A DNA stretch of 64,000 nt, taken from the sequence record SRR31156797_5308. The stretch is one strand, 5' to 3'. The notes under the pieces are model-generated. The model searched no databases, was not told where the DNA came from, and saw nothing but the letters and a program-made list of their open reading frames with translations. Shown here one piece after another: positions 52,506 through 62,306 of the stretch (position 1 is its first letter; each line of letters opens with the position of its first letter). The translations under genes and the position numbers were made by a program.

Positions 52506-53291
52506 TCATTCAGGATCAAGTCCTGGTTCGATTTGATTGGCGTATTGAATAATTAAAATATCCAGTAACGCTGCTAAAGAGATCCGTGGGCTCAAATCGA
52601 CTTCATGATGATAAATCGTTGTCATTTCAACAGAAAAAGAGAAGGTGGCAAGCTTTTCCAACGTGCTTGTTGATTGACCAATACAGGCTAAAATCGGCAC
52701 ACCTCTTTGTTTCAACCGGTTAGCATAATTTAGCATCCCGATTGTTTCCCCACTATGACTAATAAAAATAGCCATATCTTTTTTTGATAGTTGATTAGCG
52801 ATGGTTGTCAATTCATCCCAATCCGTTGAAGCGCCAACCGTTTTTCCTAAGAACCGCAACTTTCGACTCGCAGATAATGCAACCGCCGCACTTTGCCCTA
52901 AAGCAAAAAATTCGATTCGTTGTGCTTGCTGAAGCATTTCCACGGCACGCTGAAAGTCGGCTTCTTCGATCATTGATAAGGATGCCGCCAGCTGGTCAAT
53001 CATTTGCTTGATCAGTGGGGATAAACCAAGAGAAGCTTGAGTAGATGATTTTTTTTCAAGAGTTTGATAATTCTTCAGTGAAAATTTGAATTCTTGAAAA
53101 CCGGTAAAGCCAAGCTTTTTTGCCATTCTGCTGATCGTCGCTTGACTGGTGTACGTTTGGGAAGCTAACTCATCGGCCGTCATTTCTGAAACTTTCTCGG
53201 GCGCCCTTAAACAATAGTTAAGGACCGTTCTTTCTACTCGGTTCAGCTCTGGAATTTTGTATTGGATTCGTTTATATAAATGATTCATCAC
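52506..53291 (-). CDS. RpiR/MurR-family regulator (HTH + SIS)
   Basis: SQATISRMAKKLGFTGFQEFK; ISHSGET. Confidence 0.92.
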   Translation of the reverse strand: MMNHLYKRIQYKIPELNRVERTVLNYCLRAPEKVSEMTADELASQTYTSQATISRMAKKLGFTGFQEFKFSLKNYQTLEKKSSTQASLGLSPLIKQMIDQLAASLSMIEEADFQRAVEMLQQAQRIEFFALGQSAAVALSASRKLRFLGKTVGASTDWDELTTIANQLSKKDMAIFISHSGETIGMLNYANRLKQRGVPILACIGQSTSTLEKLATFSFSVEMTTIYHHEVDLSPRISLAALLDILIIQYANQIEPGLDPE

Positions 53292-53458
53292 CTGCTTCTC
53301 CTCCCTACTATTGCTTCATTCTTCCGTCTCCACTATGCTTCATTTACTCATTATACCTTCCCTCAACAAAAGTACAAACTGATGATGAATGGCTTGAAAT
53401 AAAAAAAAGGACTCACCCTTTGAGGAGTGAGCCATCTTTGTTATTTTCTTTGCATCGG

Positions 53459-53641
53459 TCATCTGTAGACAGTCACTTCAGTAAACTCTTGCCCGTTGCC
53501 GTAATCATTTTCTTTCGTTTGACGCTTTCCATCAATTCGTTGTTTGCAACTGGCAAGTCCATTTTCGACATAGTTCACTGTATTTGCAACGATCCTTATT
53601 ATAGTTGCTAGACCTTTCATCAAGGGATCATTTGATTCCAT
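53459..53641 (-). CDS. Small hypothetical protein (60 aa)
   Basis: Purine-rich RBS-like upstream sequence, TATAAG -10-like element, downstream hairpin at 53401-53432. Confidence 0.45.
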   Translation of the reverse strand: MESNDPLMKGLATIIRIVANTVNYVENGLASCKQRIDGKRQTKENDYGNGQEFTEVTVYR

Positions 53642-53817
53642 CCTCTATTCCCCCATTTCTATCACGCTTAAGCCGCTACTGGCTTTTTCTTATAACAAGT
53701 ATAAAAGAAGTACCTTAAACGAAACTAAAAGAGAAGAACTTCGACAAAAAGAAAAGCAGACTAGTTTCTCTTTTTGGTAAAATATGGTAAATGTAATAGG
53801 AAAGGATGATCAGTCTC

Positions 53818-54471
53818 ATGATAAAAACTTTAGTGGTAGCCAGCCATCCGGATTTCCACAATTCGCTTTCCCAACGATTCTTTAGTGAAAGTGCCAAGCT
53901 TCCTAACGTCACCATGCATTTCCTTGATGATCTTTCTGATTTTTCTCTCGCCAATGAACGGATGCTGTTGCAAACATGCGATCGTTTGATTCTACAATTC
54001 CCCCTATATTGGTACAGCGTTCCAGCAAAAATGAAAGCTTGGATCGATACGGTTTGGGAAAAATGTGCCCCTGCATTGGTGGGCAAGGAAATTAGTTTCG
54101 CCGTTTCTACCGGCGTTGCCGCCAAAGAATTTCAGCTAGGCGGCCGAGAAAATACGACCTTCAATGAAATTTTGCACCCACTGGTACTCATGGCAAAAAA
54201 ACATCAAATGACGGTACTCCCCATCGTTGTCCTCGATCAACTGATGTATAAATCAGAACAAGAGAAACGAGCCTTTGTCATTGCCTATCAGCAACTGTTA
54301 TCAATGCCGGCTCCCTTTACATTTGATCAAAAGCAACAATGGTTTAGCGAAAAGCTGGCGCGTTTGGTTTCTGAAAAACCGCAGCTTGCTCCTTTGCTAT
54401 CCTTGTTGCAGGAAAACCATGAAACGTTGATCGAATTAGATGACGCTTTAACTGAATTGGAGGTGCTGTGA
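53818..54471 (+). CDS. Flavodoxin-like NAD(P)H oxidoreductase (KefG/YwrO family)
   Basis: SHP, LQFPLYWYSVPA.MK.WID, STG. Confidence 0.88.
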   Translation: MIKTLVVASHPDFHNSLSQRFFSESAKLPNVTMHFLDDLSDFSLANERMLLQTCDRLILQFPLYWYSVPAKMKAWIDTVWEKCAPALVGKEISFAVSTGVAAKEFQLGGRENTTFNEILHPLVLMAKKHQMTVLPIVVLDQLMYKSEQEKRAFVIAYQQLLSMPAPFTFDQKQQWFSEKLARLVSEKPQLAPLLSLLQENHETLIELDDALTELEVL

Positions 54472-54644
54472 TGGATCACGAATGGCTGAAGCCACTGATA
54501 GAGCAGTCAATAAAAGAAACAGCTGACTATCACGAAAAAGCATTTTTGCAAGAACTAGAGAAGTTGCTTCATCAGCAAGAAATTCGAATCGAATTGAAAC
54601 AAGGAGAACTTGACGGAAAATTGTGGAATCCTAGTGAATGGTAA
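54471..54644 (+). CDS. 57-aa protein, translationally coupled to the flavodoxin-like gene (not in the ORF track)
   Basis: TGATG overlap, GGAGG at 54459-54463; MDHEWLKPLIEQ...GELDGKLWNPSEW. Confidence 0.8.
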   Translation: MDHEWLKPLIEQSIKETADYHEKAFLQELEKLLHQQEIRIELKQGELDGKLWNPSEW

Positions 54645-54742
54645 AATCTGCACTTGTATCCAAGAAAAAACTTTGTTCCACCTAGCTATAAAACATGCTG
54701 GGTGGGCCAAAGTTTTTTTGAATCGTTTCTTTTGCTTGTTAA

Positions 54743-55597
54743 CTAGGATTCGCACATACTCTTTGTAGCAGCGATATAGGCTGCTTGCAAACGTTTCGTG
54801 ATCGAACCCAATGTACCATTGCCAACTGATTTCCCATCTACTTTGACGATAGGCACAATTTCCCAGACAGAATTGGTCAAAAAACATTCTTGCGCGTTGT
54901 TTAGTGCCTCAACAGGGACAGGTTCTTCTCGATAAGGAATTTCTAATTGCTGACACAACTGTAGCACCTTCATTTTCGTGATACCTGGTAATACCAAGCG
55001 TCCATCCGGATGTGTATAGACGATACCATCAATGACAAACCAGAGATTTGATGCCGAAGCTTCCGTGAAACATCCATCTCGTTGCAGGAGTGCATCATCG
55101 AACCCCGCTTCGATCGCTTGATCTAGCGCTAACAGATTTCCTAACAAGCTCAATGATTTGATATCACAATGCAACCAACGCTCATCTGGAAGAACGGTCG
55201 CAGATAGCCCTGCATGCTGCATTTCCAGAGGTCGTTCAAAGGGGATCACATTTGCGGTCACGACTCCTTTGACTGCTCCAGCAGACGGAAACTCGTGATT
55301 GCGGGGAGAGGCGATTCCTCTGGTGATTTGAAGATAGATCTCTCCTTCTGTGATTCCTTCGGTTTTAACCAGTAACTTAAGGTTTTCAGTTAATTGGGGA
55401 ATTGTATAAGGCAATGTCAGTTTAATTTTTTGCGCACTACTTTCTAAGCGAGTCATATGCTCCCCTAACATAAAGCAGCGACCATTATAGATTCGAATCA
55501 CTTCATAGATTCCGTCACCATACTGATAACCGCGATCTTCAATGTCAATTTTCACCGCTTCTCGATCAACGATTTGATCGTTCCATAAAACCTTCAT
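54743..55597 (-). CDS. dat: D-amino acid aminotransferase
   Basis: EDRGYQYGDGIYEV, YLQITRG, RWLHCDIKSL, EASASN, LPGIT. Confidence 0.9.
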   Translation of the reverse strand: MKVLWNDQIVDREAVKIDIEDRGYQYGDGIYEVIRIYNGRCFMLGEHMTRLESSAQKIKLTLPYTIPQLTENLKLLVKTEGITEGEIYLQITRGIASPRNHEFPSAGAVKGVVTANVIPFERPLEMQHAGLSATVLPDERWLHCDIKSLSLLGNLLALDQAIEAGFDDALLQRDGCFTEASASNLWFVIDGIVYTHPDGRLVLPGITKMKVLQLCQQLEIPYREEPVPVEALNNAQECFLTNSVWEIVPIVKVDGKSVGNGTLGSITKRLQAAYIAATKSMCES

Positions 55598-55726
55598 TTC
55601 CTCACTCCTATCGTCCTTCTCGTTTCAATAAGTATAGCATTTGTCTTTAGGCCTTGCTACGTAGTGCTTAAAAACAAAAAAACCTGCTGATGGAGACCGC
55701 TCCAACAGCAAGGTAGAACATTTTCG

Positions 55727-56827
55727 TTATAATGAATCTTTATCAATTACAGATCGTTCTAATTTTCGTTCTTGAAAAAAACGCAACAATGTACCAGACA
55801 TTGCCATCACGATCGAATACACTGGCAGTGCCACAATCATGCCTACAAATCCAAGCAAGTTGCCGGCAATCAATAATAAGAAAACCGCAATGATTGGATG
55901 GATATGCAATACTTTTTTCATCACTAATGGTGAAACAAGATATGATTCACCTAACTGAATGATCGTGATTCCGACAATCAGAAAAATAGCTGTTCGAATG
56001 TCTTGACTTAACGCAAATAAAAAGGCTGGTGCTGCTCCGATAAAGGGGCCGAAATAAGGAATAATGTCCAGAACGCCGCAAATTAATCCTAATAGTAAGG
56101 CATTTTGTAAGCCTAGCAAAGAAAAAATGAAATAGCTTGAAACCGCAACATAAGAACAAACCAGCAATTTCCCACCGATGTACGCTGACGCTGCTTGATG
56201 AAAATCACTACAAAGTTGTCGCATTAAGCCTTGATAGTTTTTCGGTGTCTTACTTGCCAAAAAATCAGGAACTTTCTCACCGTCTTTAAACATATACACT
56301 AATAACAGTGGGATCGTAAACAAGACGATCGCTGAATGAGAAACGATGGAGATCAAACTCGTCAGACTATTGGTTGCCCCGGTAATAAACTGTAAGGCAA
56401 AGTTGCTAGCTTGGGAAATATCAATCGAATCAATAAAAGGACCAAATAATTCTTCTAAATAAGAATGATCAATAGTATCGATCACCAAATTGATGATGAT
56501 GGGAATTTGATTGATAAAACGCCCCATCTCATAGGCTAATGCTGGTCCAATCACCTGAACGATCAAATACGCTGCAAAAACGATCAGCAGCAATGTCGAA
56601 TATAGCGCAATGCTTTTCTTTTTCGTTCTTTTTTTTACCCAATTAAAGAAAGGTAAAAAGATGTAAAAAATAAAAATTGAAATCAATACTGGTAAAAAGA
56701 CACTAGAAAAGATGGCTTCCAGCGGTCGAAAGACAAACAGTATATTTGAATAGATCCAGACCGCGATCCCTAAGAGACAGACGATCACTAGACCTGCAAA
56801 AATTTTTGATTTTTTAAGAAACTCCAA
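55727..56827 (-). CDS. AI-2E (PerM) family transporter
   Basis: IPYFGP, ESYLVSP, IHP, GMIVALP. Confidence 0.9.
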   Translation of the reverse strand: MEFLKKSKIFAGLVIVCLLGIAVWIYSNILFVFRPLEAIFSSVFLPVLISIFIFYIFLPFFNWVKKRTKKKSIALYSTLLLIVFAAYLIVQVIGPALAYEMGRFINQIPIIINLVIDTIDHSYLEELFGPFIDSIDISQASNFALQFITGATNSLTSLISIVSHSAIVLFTIPLLLVYMFKDGEKVPDFLASKTPKNYQGLMRQLCSDFHQAASAYIGGKLLVCSYVAVSSYFIFSLLGLQNALLLGLICGVLDIIPYFGPFIGAAPAFLFALSQDIRTAIFLIVGITIIQLGESYLVSPLVMKKVLHIHPIIAVFLLLIAGNLLGFVGMIVALPVYSIVMAMSGTLLRFFQERKLERSVIDKDSL

Positions 56828-56988
56828 TAATAAATCCTCCTGATTCTAGAAAGTAATTCAACTTCTTTCAGTTTAGCATAATTTTAAAAACGAAGGATGA
56901 TTTCAAGAAGAATTTTTCAAAAATCCATGTTTTTCATAGCAAACTTTCAATTAATTTAATTTTTTTCATCTCTATATCTCGAATCTAA

Positions 56989-57417
56989 TCAATTTTGATG
57001 AGCTGAAAACGGCAACGGAATATGCAACCGTCTGACAAAGTAGACTGCTGAAGCAAACTGGAGCAACCCTAGCAAAAAGAAAATCACATGCAAGACATTC
57101 CATTCTTGTAATAAGATGACCTGCACGATGATCCAGACAACTAAACTCATGCCTAAAAGCATTACCCCGTGGTACCCTTTGTTAAGCCGCAAGAGGAAAA
57201 CAACAATCAGATTACCCAAACCTAAGATAGCGAACAAAAACAAGCCGGGAATTAAGAAGGTCGTGAAGGGTGTTCCTTGCAGCATGGCCGCTTCCAAACC
57301 AGCAAATGTCTCCCCTTTGCTTAACGGCTCAATGCTTTTAAACGCCAATAGACTTCCTCCACAAGCGCCAACACCAATAAAGAGACACAAAAAAAGTAAC
57401 GCAAAGCGCATCTTCAT
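56989..57417 (-). CDS. Hypothetical 4-TM membrane protein
   Basis: GACGG..TPF..FLIPGLFL..WIIVQ. Confidence 0.7.
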   Translation of the reverse strand: MKMRFALLFLCLFIGVGACGGSLLAFKSIEPLSKGETFAGLEAAMLQGTPFTTFLIPGLFLFAILGLGNLIVVFLLRLNKGYHGVMLLGMSLVVWIIVQVILLQEWNVLHVIFFLLGLLQFASAVYFVRRLHIPLPFSAHQN

Positions 57418-57490
57418 TTTTCTCCACTCCTTCTTAAAACCCAACGCAACTAAAAAAATATTCTCAGTGACACATCGATTTTCTTATTCC

Positions 57491-57907
57491 TTATTCGCTT
57501 TTTGCTGAATAGATAAATGCGGCAATTTGCTGCTCTTCCACAGAGGAAAAGCCACACGCCTCATAAAAATGACGCGTTTTTTCTGTGTTGTCCGTAATCA
57601 AAACCTTTTGCCGTATTGATGGATGATTCGCCAGCATTTTTTTGAGTAATCGCTGACCAATTTTTTGACCTTGGAACTCGGATGCTACTAATAGATCTTG
57701 AATATAAAGAATGGTTTGTCCATCGGTTATGCAACGGATAAGCCCCACCAGCTGCTCTTCAACATAGGCCGTGATCACCTCTGAGTGGGCTAACGCATTT
57801 AAAAGACGCTCGGGATCTTTAGTATAGGCGCTCCAGCCAACTCCCTCATACAAAGCGAGTACTTGATTTGAATCAGATGGTAATTGATCTTTAAAGACGA
57901 TCTTCAT
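57491..57907 (-). CDS. GNAT acetyltransferase
   Basis: QDLLV..FQGQKIG, FYEACGF. Confidence 0.9.
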   Translation of the reverse strand: MKIVFKDQLPSDSNQVLALYEGVGWSAYTKDPERLLNALAHSEVITAYVEEQLVGLIRCITDGQTILYIQDLLVASEFQGQKIGQRLLKKMLANHPSIRQKVLITDNTEKTRHFYEACGFSSVEEQQIAAFIYSAKSE

Positions 57908-57954
57908 ACTTTTCCTCCTTGTAATAACTTAGCGACAGGGTGGAACAATAGAAA

Positions 57955-58052
57955 TAGAGTTGACAGCTCTTTTCCAAACAAACTCTTGTTATCAAGCCGT
58001 AATGCATTGCTTGACTAAAGAGTATCCTGAGGAAAAGCGGCTGTCAACTCTA
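57955..58052. repeat. 98-bp imperfect palindrome (MITE-like or long hairpin)
   Basis: TAGAGTTGACAGC / GCTGTCAACTCTA ends with nested internal arms. Confidence 0.7.
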
Positions 58053-58107
58053 ATTACGAAATACTTGAAGAACAAAATTGAACTGGTTCTGTTTCTAAGC
58101 CAGGACG

Positions 58108-59031
58108 TTAATCAATCAACAACTCATTTTTTAAACGTTGGCTCGTCGTCTGTTGCTCTTCAGGCGTTACTTCTTGATAGGAAATTCCATATTCTCCTCT
58201 GAAGCCATCGCCGGTGAACCCACTGCCAGCCATTTGGTAAGACTCGACAGTCCCTAATGCTGATTGATATTGGATAAATAATTGACTCATTTGCGAAAAA
58301 GTTAGATCGGTTTCACCATTTTCTCCAATGATCGTTAGCAGATCCTGAATCCGCATCACGCTGGAAAGTGAAACTAACTCTTTTGCCAGAATCTCAGTCA
58401 CTTCTCTCTGACGGCGCTGACGGCCATAGTCACCTTCTGGATCATCCTTTCGCATACGAGTATACTGAAGCGCCTCCCAGCCATCTAAATCGAGGATCCC
58501 CTCTGGGTAATCGATTTTCTCAGCAGTAAAAGCAAATTCATTTTCAACCGTGATGCCACCAATTGCATCAACAAGATCTGCCATCCCATCCATGTTTAAG
58601 GAGAAATAATGATGGATCGGTATATCAAGATATTGTTCGACGGTTTCAATCATCATCTTTGCCCCACCAAAAGAATGGGCATGATTGATTTTATCATGGT
58701 ACCCTTGTCCCACGATTTCCACATAAGCATCTCTAGGAATACTCGTGAGGGTGGTTTTTCTTGTGGCAGGGTTCAACGTTGCTACCATGATGGTGTTGGC
58801 GCGAAAATCGGTTTTGCGACGAGAGTCATTGGCGATCCCTAACAAAAGAAGGCTTAGAGGCTCGGCATTTTCGATGACTTCCGCCTCTTCTCGTCCTTCG
58901 ATTGGACGATGGATCGAGTGGGCAACATCCTCTACTTGAAAATACACCCTAACCGCATAGACAGTTCCTGCTGAGATAATTCCGGTCAGCAATACCAGGA
59001 AAATGATTATTAGTTTTTTTGCTGTACTCAA
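58108..59031 (-). CDS. LCP (LytR-CpsA-Psr) family glycopolymer transferase
   Basis: N-terminal TM, LLLG, SIPRD, KINHA, RMRK..GDYGRQRRQ; TTG start. Confidence 0.92.
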   Translation of the reverse strand: MSTAKKLIIIFLVLLTGIISAGTVYAVRVYFQVEDVAHSIHRPIEGREEAEVIENAEPLSLLLLGIANDSRRKTDFRANTIMVATLNPATRKTTLTSIPRDAYVEIVGQGYHDKINHAHSFGGAKMMIETVEQYLDIPIHHYFSLNMDGMADLVDAIGGITVENEFAFTAEKIDYPEGILDLDGWEALQYTRMRKDDPEGDYGRQRRQREVTEILAKELVSLSSVMRIQDLLTIIGENGETDLTFSQMSQLFIQYQSALGTVESYQMAGSGFTGDGFRGEYGISYQEVTPEEQQTTSQRLKNELLID

Positions 59032-59032
59032 T

Positions 59033-59686
59033 TTATCTCCCCCTAAGTACATATTTTTTGATTGAAAAGACGAAAGCATAGGTGATATAACTGATCCCAC
59101 TTGCCAATAAAATACTTGCTAGCAAGTCGCTGGGATAGTGAACCCCAAGTAACAACCGACTCATCATAATCAGCAACAAATAGATCAATCCTAGAAATAG
59201 GGCCATGTTTTGGATAAAGTGACGCTTGCCTCTTTTGGCAGGAACTGTTTGCCCCAAGAAAAAGAGGAGAGAAATAATCAACGTGGTCGCTAATAATGTA
59301 TGTCCACTCGGAAAACTTGCTGATGCCCGTTCCATACTGTCAGCAAAATCCGGTCTCGGTCGATCAACTACTTTCTTGATCACTTGACCAACACCACTGA
59401 TCACAATCATATTCCCCATCAACCAAAGACTTTCTAACCGCTGCTTGCGCATAAATAAAATACTTGCTAACAGGAAATGAACGACAGCTATGGGAATGAT
59501 CGTAGCCGTACTGGCAAGTGGGAGAAAAAGCGATTCCACAGCAGGTGTCCGCCATTGAGGCAACTGGGAAAACAGGTTGTCGATGCTTTGGAACCAGCGC
59601 GGTTCTAATGCAACGAGGAAAAACAGCCATGCAAAACAGCTGCAGAGTATTCCGCCTACCACTCCTTTTTTTGCTGTTTTACTCAT
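59033..59686 (-). CDS. PAP2-family phosphatase (undecaprenyl-PP phosphatase-like)
   Basis: K..V.RPRP, SFPSGH, SRLLLGVHYPSD. Confidence 0.92.
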   Translation of the reverse strand: MSKTAKKGVVGGILCSCFAWLFFLVALEPRWFQSIDNLFSQLPQWRTPAVESLFLPLASTATIIPIAVVHFLLASILFMRKQRLESLWLMGNMIVISGVGQVIKKVVDRPRPDFADSMERASASFPSGHTLLATTLIISLLFFLGQTVPAKRGKRHFIQNMALFLGLIYLLLIMMSRLLLGVHYPSDLLASILLASGISYITYAFVFSIKKYVLRGR

Positions 59687-60876
59687 GTTAAGCCCCTACT
59701 TTCTTTTAATGTATACGACCTATTTTTGGCTTTTATCGGAAATTTGTCTAACCCAAAGATAATTCCCATAGCAATGCTGATCGCAATCAGAGAGGTTCCT
59801 CCTTGACTTAAGAATGGTAAGGGAATGCCGGTTAAAGGCAGCAAACCGATCGCCGCTCCGATGTTTTCAAAAATTTGAAAAACCAAACCAAACACATAGG
59901 TAATCGCAATATAGACCGATGCTTTGTTATTTGTTTTTAAAGCAGCAAAAATGATTTGATAGATCAGATAGAAATAAAGGAAGATGACTAAAGTACTTCC
60001 TAAAAAGCCATACGTTTCTCCAATGACTGTAAAGATCATATCTGACTCCCGAACCGGCACATACACCGTTGTATGGGTATCAGGTGCCCCCAATAAGCCG
60101 CCAGAACCAATCGCCCACATACTGCGGACTTGTTGGAAAGCGATGGAATCTTGGTACGCGAGTGGATCTGCCCAGGCTCTCACCCGATCCAATTGATATT
60201 GTGAAAAGTGAAGGCGAAACAACACACGATTGCCCCATTCCGTGAATACGAGTAGCAACAAAATAGCACCAAGAGCGGCAATCAAACCGATCACGACGGT
60301 CAGTATTTTCCAATGAACACCGGAAATGATGAATAAGGCACCTAACATCACGATAAACACCAAACTCGTTCCAAAGTCCCGCTGCATAAACATCAATAAA
60401 AATGTGGGTAAGCTGTATAGCAGGATCTTAGTAACATAGATCAAATCGGATTTGATTGTTCGTTCTGCTTTACGTTTCTCATAGACTAAAGTGAGATAGA
60501 CCATAAAGAGCATAAAGGCCACTTTCATAAACTCAGAAGGCTGAATCGTAAACGCACCAAATCTGATCCACCGTTTGGTGTGCGTTTGTTCAAACATCGT
60601 TTGATCGTAAAACCAATGAAGAGAGGCCATCAAACCAAGTGATAGTAAGTACAAAAGACCAGAAAAGCGGAGGAGTAAATTCGTAGGAATCAAACTCGTT
60701 ACAAAAAGAGCAATCGCCGAAAGGATACAAAAGAGGATCTGCCGAAAAACAATCCCTGAAGGATCATTGCCATCCATCACAGAAGCCTGATGTTGTACCC
60801 AGATACTTAACAAAAACAGCAGGAAAATCGGCAGCAATAAAGCATAGTTTGCTTCATGTCGTTTGAGGAACTTCAT
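59683..60876 (-). CDS. SEDS protein, RodA-like
   Basis: RWI..IQPSEFMK, QRDFGT, AIGSGG, VPVRESDMIF, TGIPLPFLSQGG. Confidence 0.92.
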   Translation of the reverse strand: MKFLKRHEANYALLLPIFLLFLLSIWVQHQASVMDGNDPSGIVFRQILFCILSAIALFVTSLIPTNLLLRFSGLLYLLSLGLMASLHWFYDQTMFEQTHTKRWIRFGAFTIQPSEFMKVAFMLFMVYLTLVYEKRKAERTIKSDLIYVTKILLYSLPTFLLMFMQRDFGTSLVFIVMLGALFIISGVHWKILTVVIGLIAALGAILLLLVFTEWGNRVLFRLHFSQYQLDRVRAWADPLAYQDSIAFQQVRSMWAIGSGGLLGAPDTHTTVYVPVRESDMIFTVIGETYGFLGSTLVIFLYFYLIYQIIFAALKTNNKASVYIAITYVFGLVFQIFENIGAAIGLLPLTGIPLPFLSQGGTSLIAISIAMGIIFGLDKFPIKAKNRSYTLKESRGLT

Positions 60877-62008
60877 TAAGTATACCCTCCTCTCGTTCTA
60901 GTTTCAGGCATAAACTGAAGGCAAATGAAAGAATAAAGTAACTGGAGCCACCATAACTAATGAATGGCAAAGGTACCCCCGTCATCGGCATCAACCCTAA
61001 AATACTGGCAATATTGATACTTGTTTGTAATAACAGCAACGTGCTGGTTCCCAATAATATTAAGCCAATCTGAGGATTTGCGATTGCCGCTGATCGTATA
61101 AACAGACGTAAAATGATTACGAATAATAAAGCGATGACAAAAATGCCGAAAATCAACCCTAATTCCTCTACTAAAACGGAGAAAATAAAATCAGTCTCTG
61201 CTACTGGTAAAAAGCCTTTCTTGGTGATGCTATTTCCTAAACCAAGGCCCGTAAGACCACCATTGAACAAAGCATAGTAGGAATGGATCATTTGGAATCC
61301 TTGATTATATGGGTCGGAAAACGGATCTCCCACTAATCGAATTCGGTTATACACATGCATAAACATGTGGGGCAATAAATCATTGTTTCCTAAAAAGAGG
61401 ATCAACATAGCAACCAAGAACAGACTGATTAATAACCCGCCAAACAAAAGAGCCGTGAGTTTAACGGGTACCTGAACCGTGGTAATCATGATAAAAGCCA
61501 AGAAAAGTAAAATCATCACGCCGGCTACTTTTGGTTGAATGAGGATCAACACACAGCACAAAAATAAAACGAAAAGCGGACGTTTCATTTCCTGCAAGGT
61601 AGTTTTTGCTGATTGAAAGTAATGAGCAAGGTATAAGACCATGCCCACATTCACGATCTCTGAGGGCTGAAATTGTATCCCTACAATCGAGACCCATCGT
61701 TGCGCTCCATTGACAGAAACACCGAAAAACGGCAAACGTGCCAATAGTAAAGTAAAGACGCCAAATGCCAACAGACCGATCGCTAAATATTTACTGAGCA
61801 GAATCTCACGCCGTGTTCGCTGAATAATGAAAAGGAGCACCCAGCTGAGTAACAGAAAGACAAGCTGACGCATAAATAAGCTTGCTGGCGGCTGATCTCT
61901 CGTTAATAAACGATAAGAACTTGCACTATAAATCATTAAAAGACCGATAAGGCTCAATAGCAAATAAGCTATGATCAGCAGCCAATCGATCTTCTTTTTT
62001 TCTATCAT
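60854..62008 (-). CDS. SEDS protein, FtsW-like
   Basis: YSAS, NGAQRW, QPSE, GLGLGNS.TK.GFLPVAETDFIF, TGVPLPFISYGGSS; start MIEKKK after GAGGAG. Confidence 0.92.
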   Translation of the reverse strand: MIEKKKIDWLLIIAYLLLSLIGLLMIYSASSYRLLTRDQPPASLFMRQLVFLLLSWVLLFIIQRTRREILLSKYLAIGLLAFGVFTLLLARLPFFGVSVNGAQRWVSIVGIQFQPSEIVNVGMVLYLAHYFQSAKTTLQEMKRPLFVLFLCCVLILIQPKVAGVMILLFLAFIMITTVQVPVKLTALLFGGLLISLFLVAMLILFLGNNDLLPHMFMHVYNRIRLVGDPFSDPYNQGFQMIHSYYALFNGGLTGLGLGNSITKKGFLPVAETDFIFSVLVEELGLIFGIFVIALLFVIILRLFIRSAAIANPQIGLILLGTSTLLLLQTSINIASILGLMPMTGVPLPFISYGGSSYFILSFAFSLCLKLEREEGILNEVPQTT

Positions 62009-62085
62009 TGCTTCCACTCCTCTTGCCTTGGAGTAGGTGTTCAGACGGTACCAGTTATTATGCCCTTTGAGCTTAGTCATCCATC

Positions 62086-62134
62086 AAAGAGAAAAGCAAA
62101 AAAGTCTCACTTCTCTTAGGACGTCAGACTTTGC
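62086..62134 (-). terminator. Riboswitch expression-platform terminator
   Basis: Minus strand GCAAAGTCTGAC...GTGAGACTTTTTGC-TTTTCTCTTT directly after the aptamer. Confidence 0.75.
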
Positions 62135-62138
62135 TAGC

Positions 62139-62306
62139 AATCTCATCGTCCGAGTTTTAGCACTATACAACGTAAAGAAAGTTGTTCCCTTTCTTAGCTA
62201 TTTTATGAAAAGCCTTAATCCGACAATTCCTGTTTTACACATTGGCGTCTTTCGACGTTTCTGCGCAATAGCTTATGTTTGTATAGGAGCCTCACCTAAC
62301 AAGGTT
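62139..62306 (-). ncRNA. M-box (ykoK leader) Mg2+-sensing riboswitch
   Basis: Minus strand GTTAGGTGAGGCTCCTATAC...AAACGTCGAAAGACGCCAAT...ACAGGAA..TCGGATTAAGG...GTATAGTGCTAAAACTCGGACGA, collinear with the B. subtilis ykoK leader; promoter TTGTAT(62355-62360)-17bp-TACCAT(62332-62337). Confidence 0.92.

Noticed and set aside
57960-58202. 80-aa + strand ORF across the palindrome
   Set aside because: TTG start inside the inverted repeat, no RBS, and overlaps the LCP 3' end antisense
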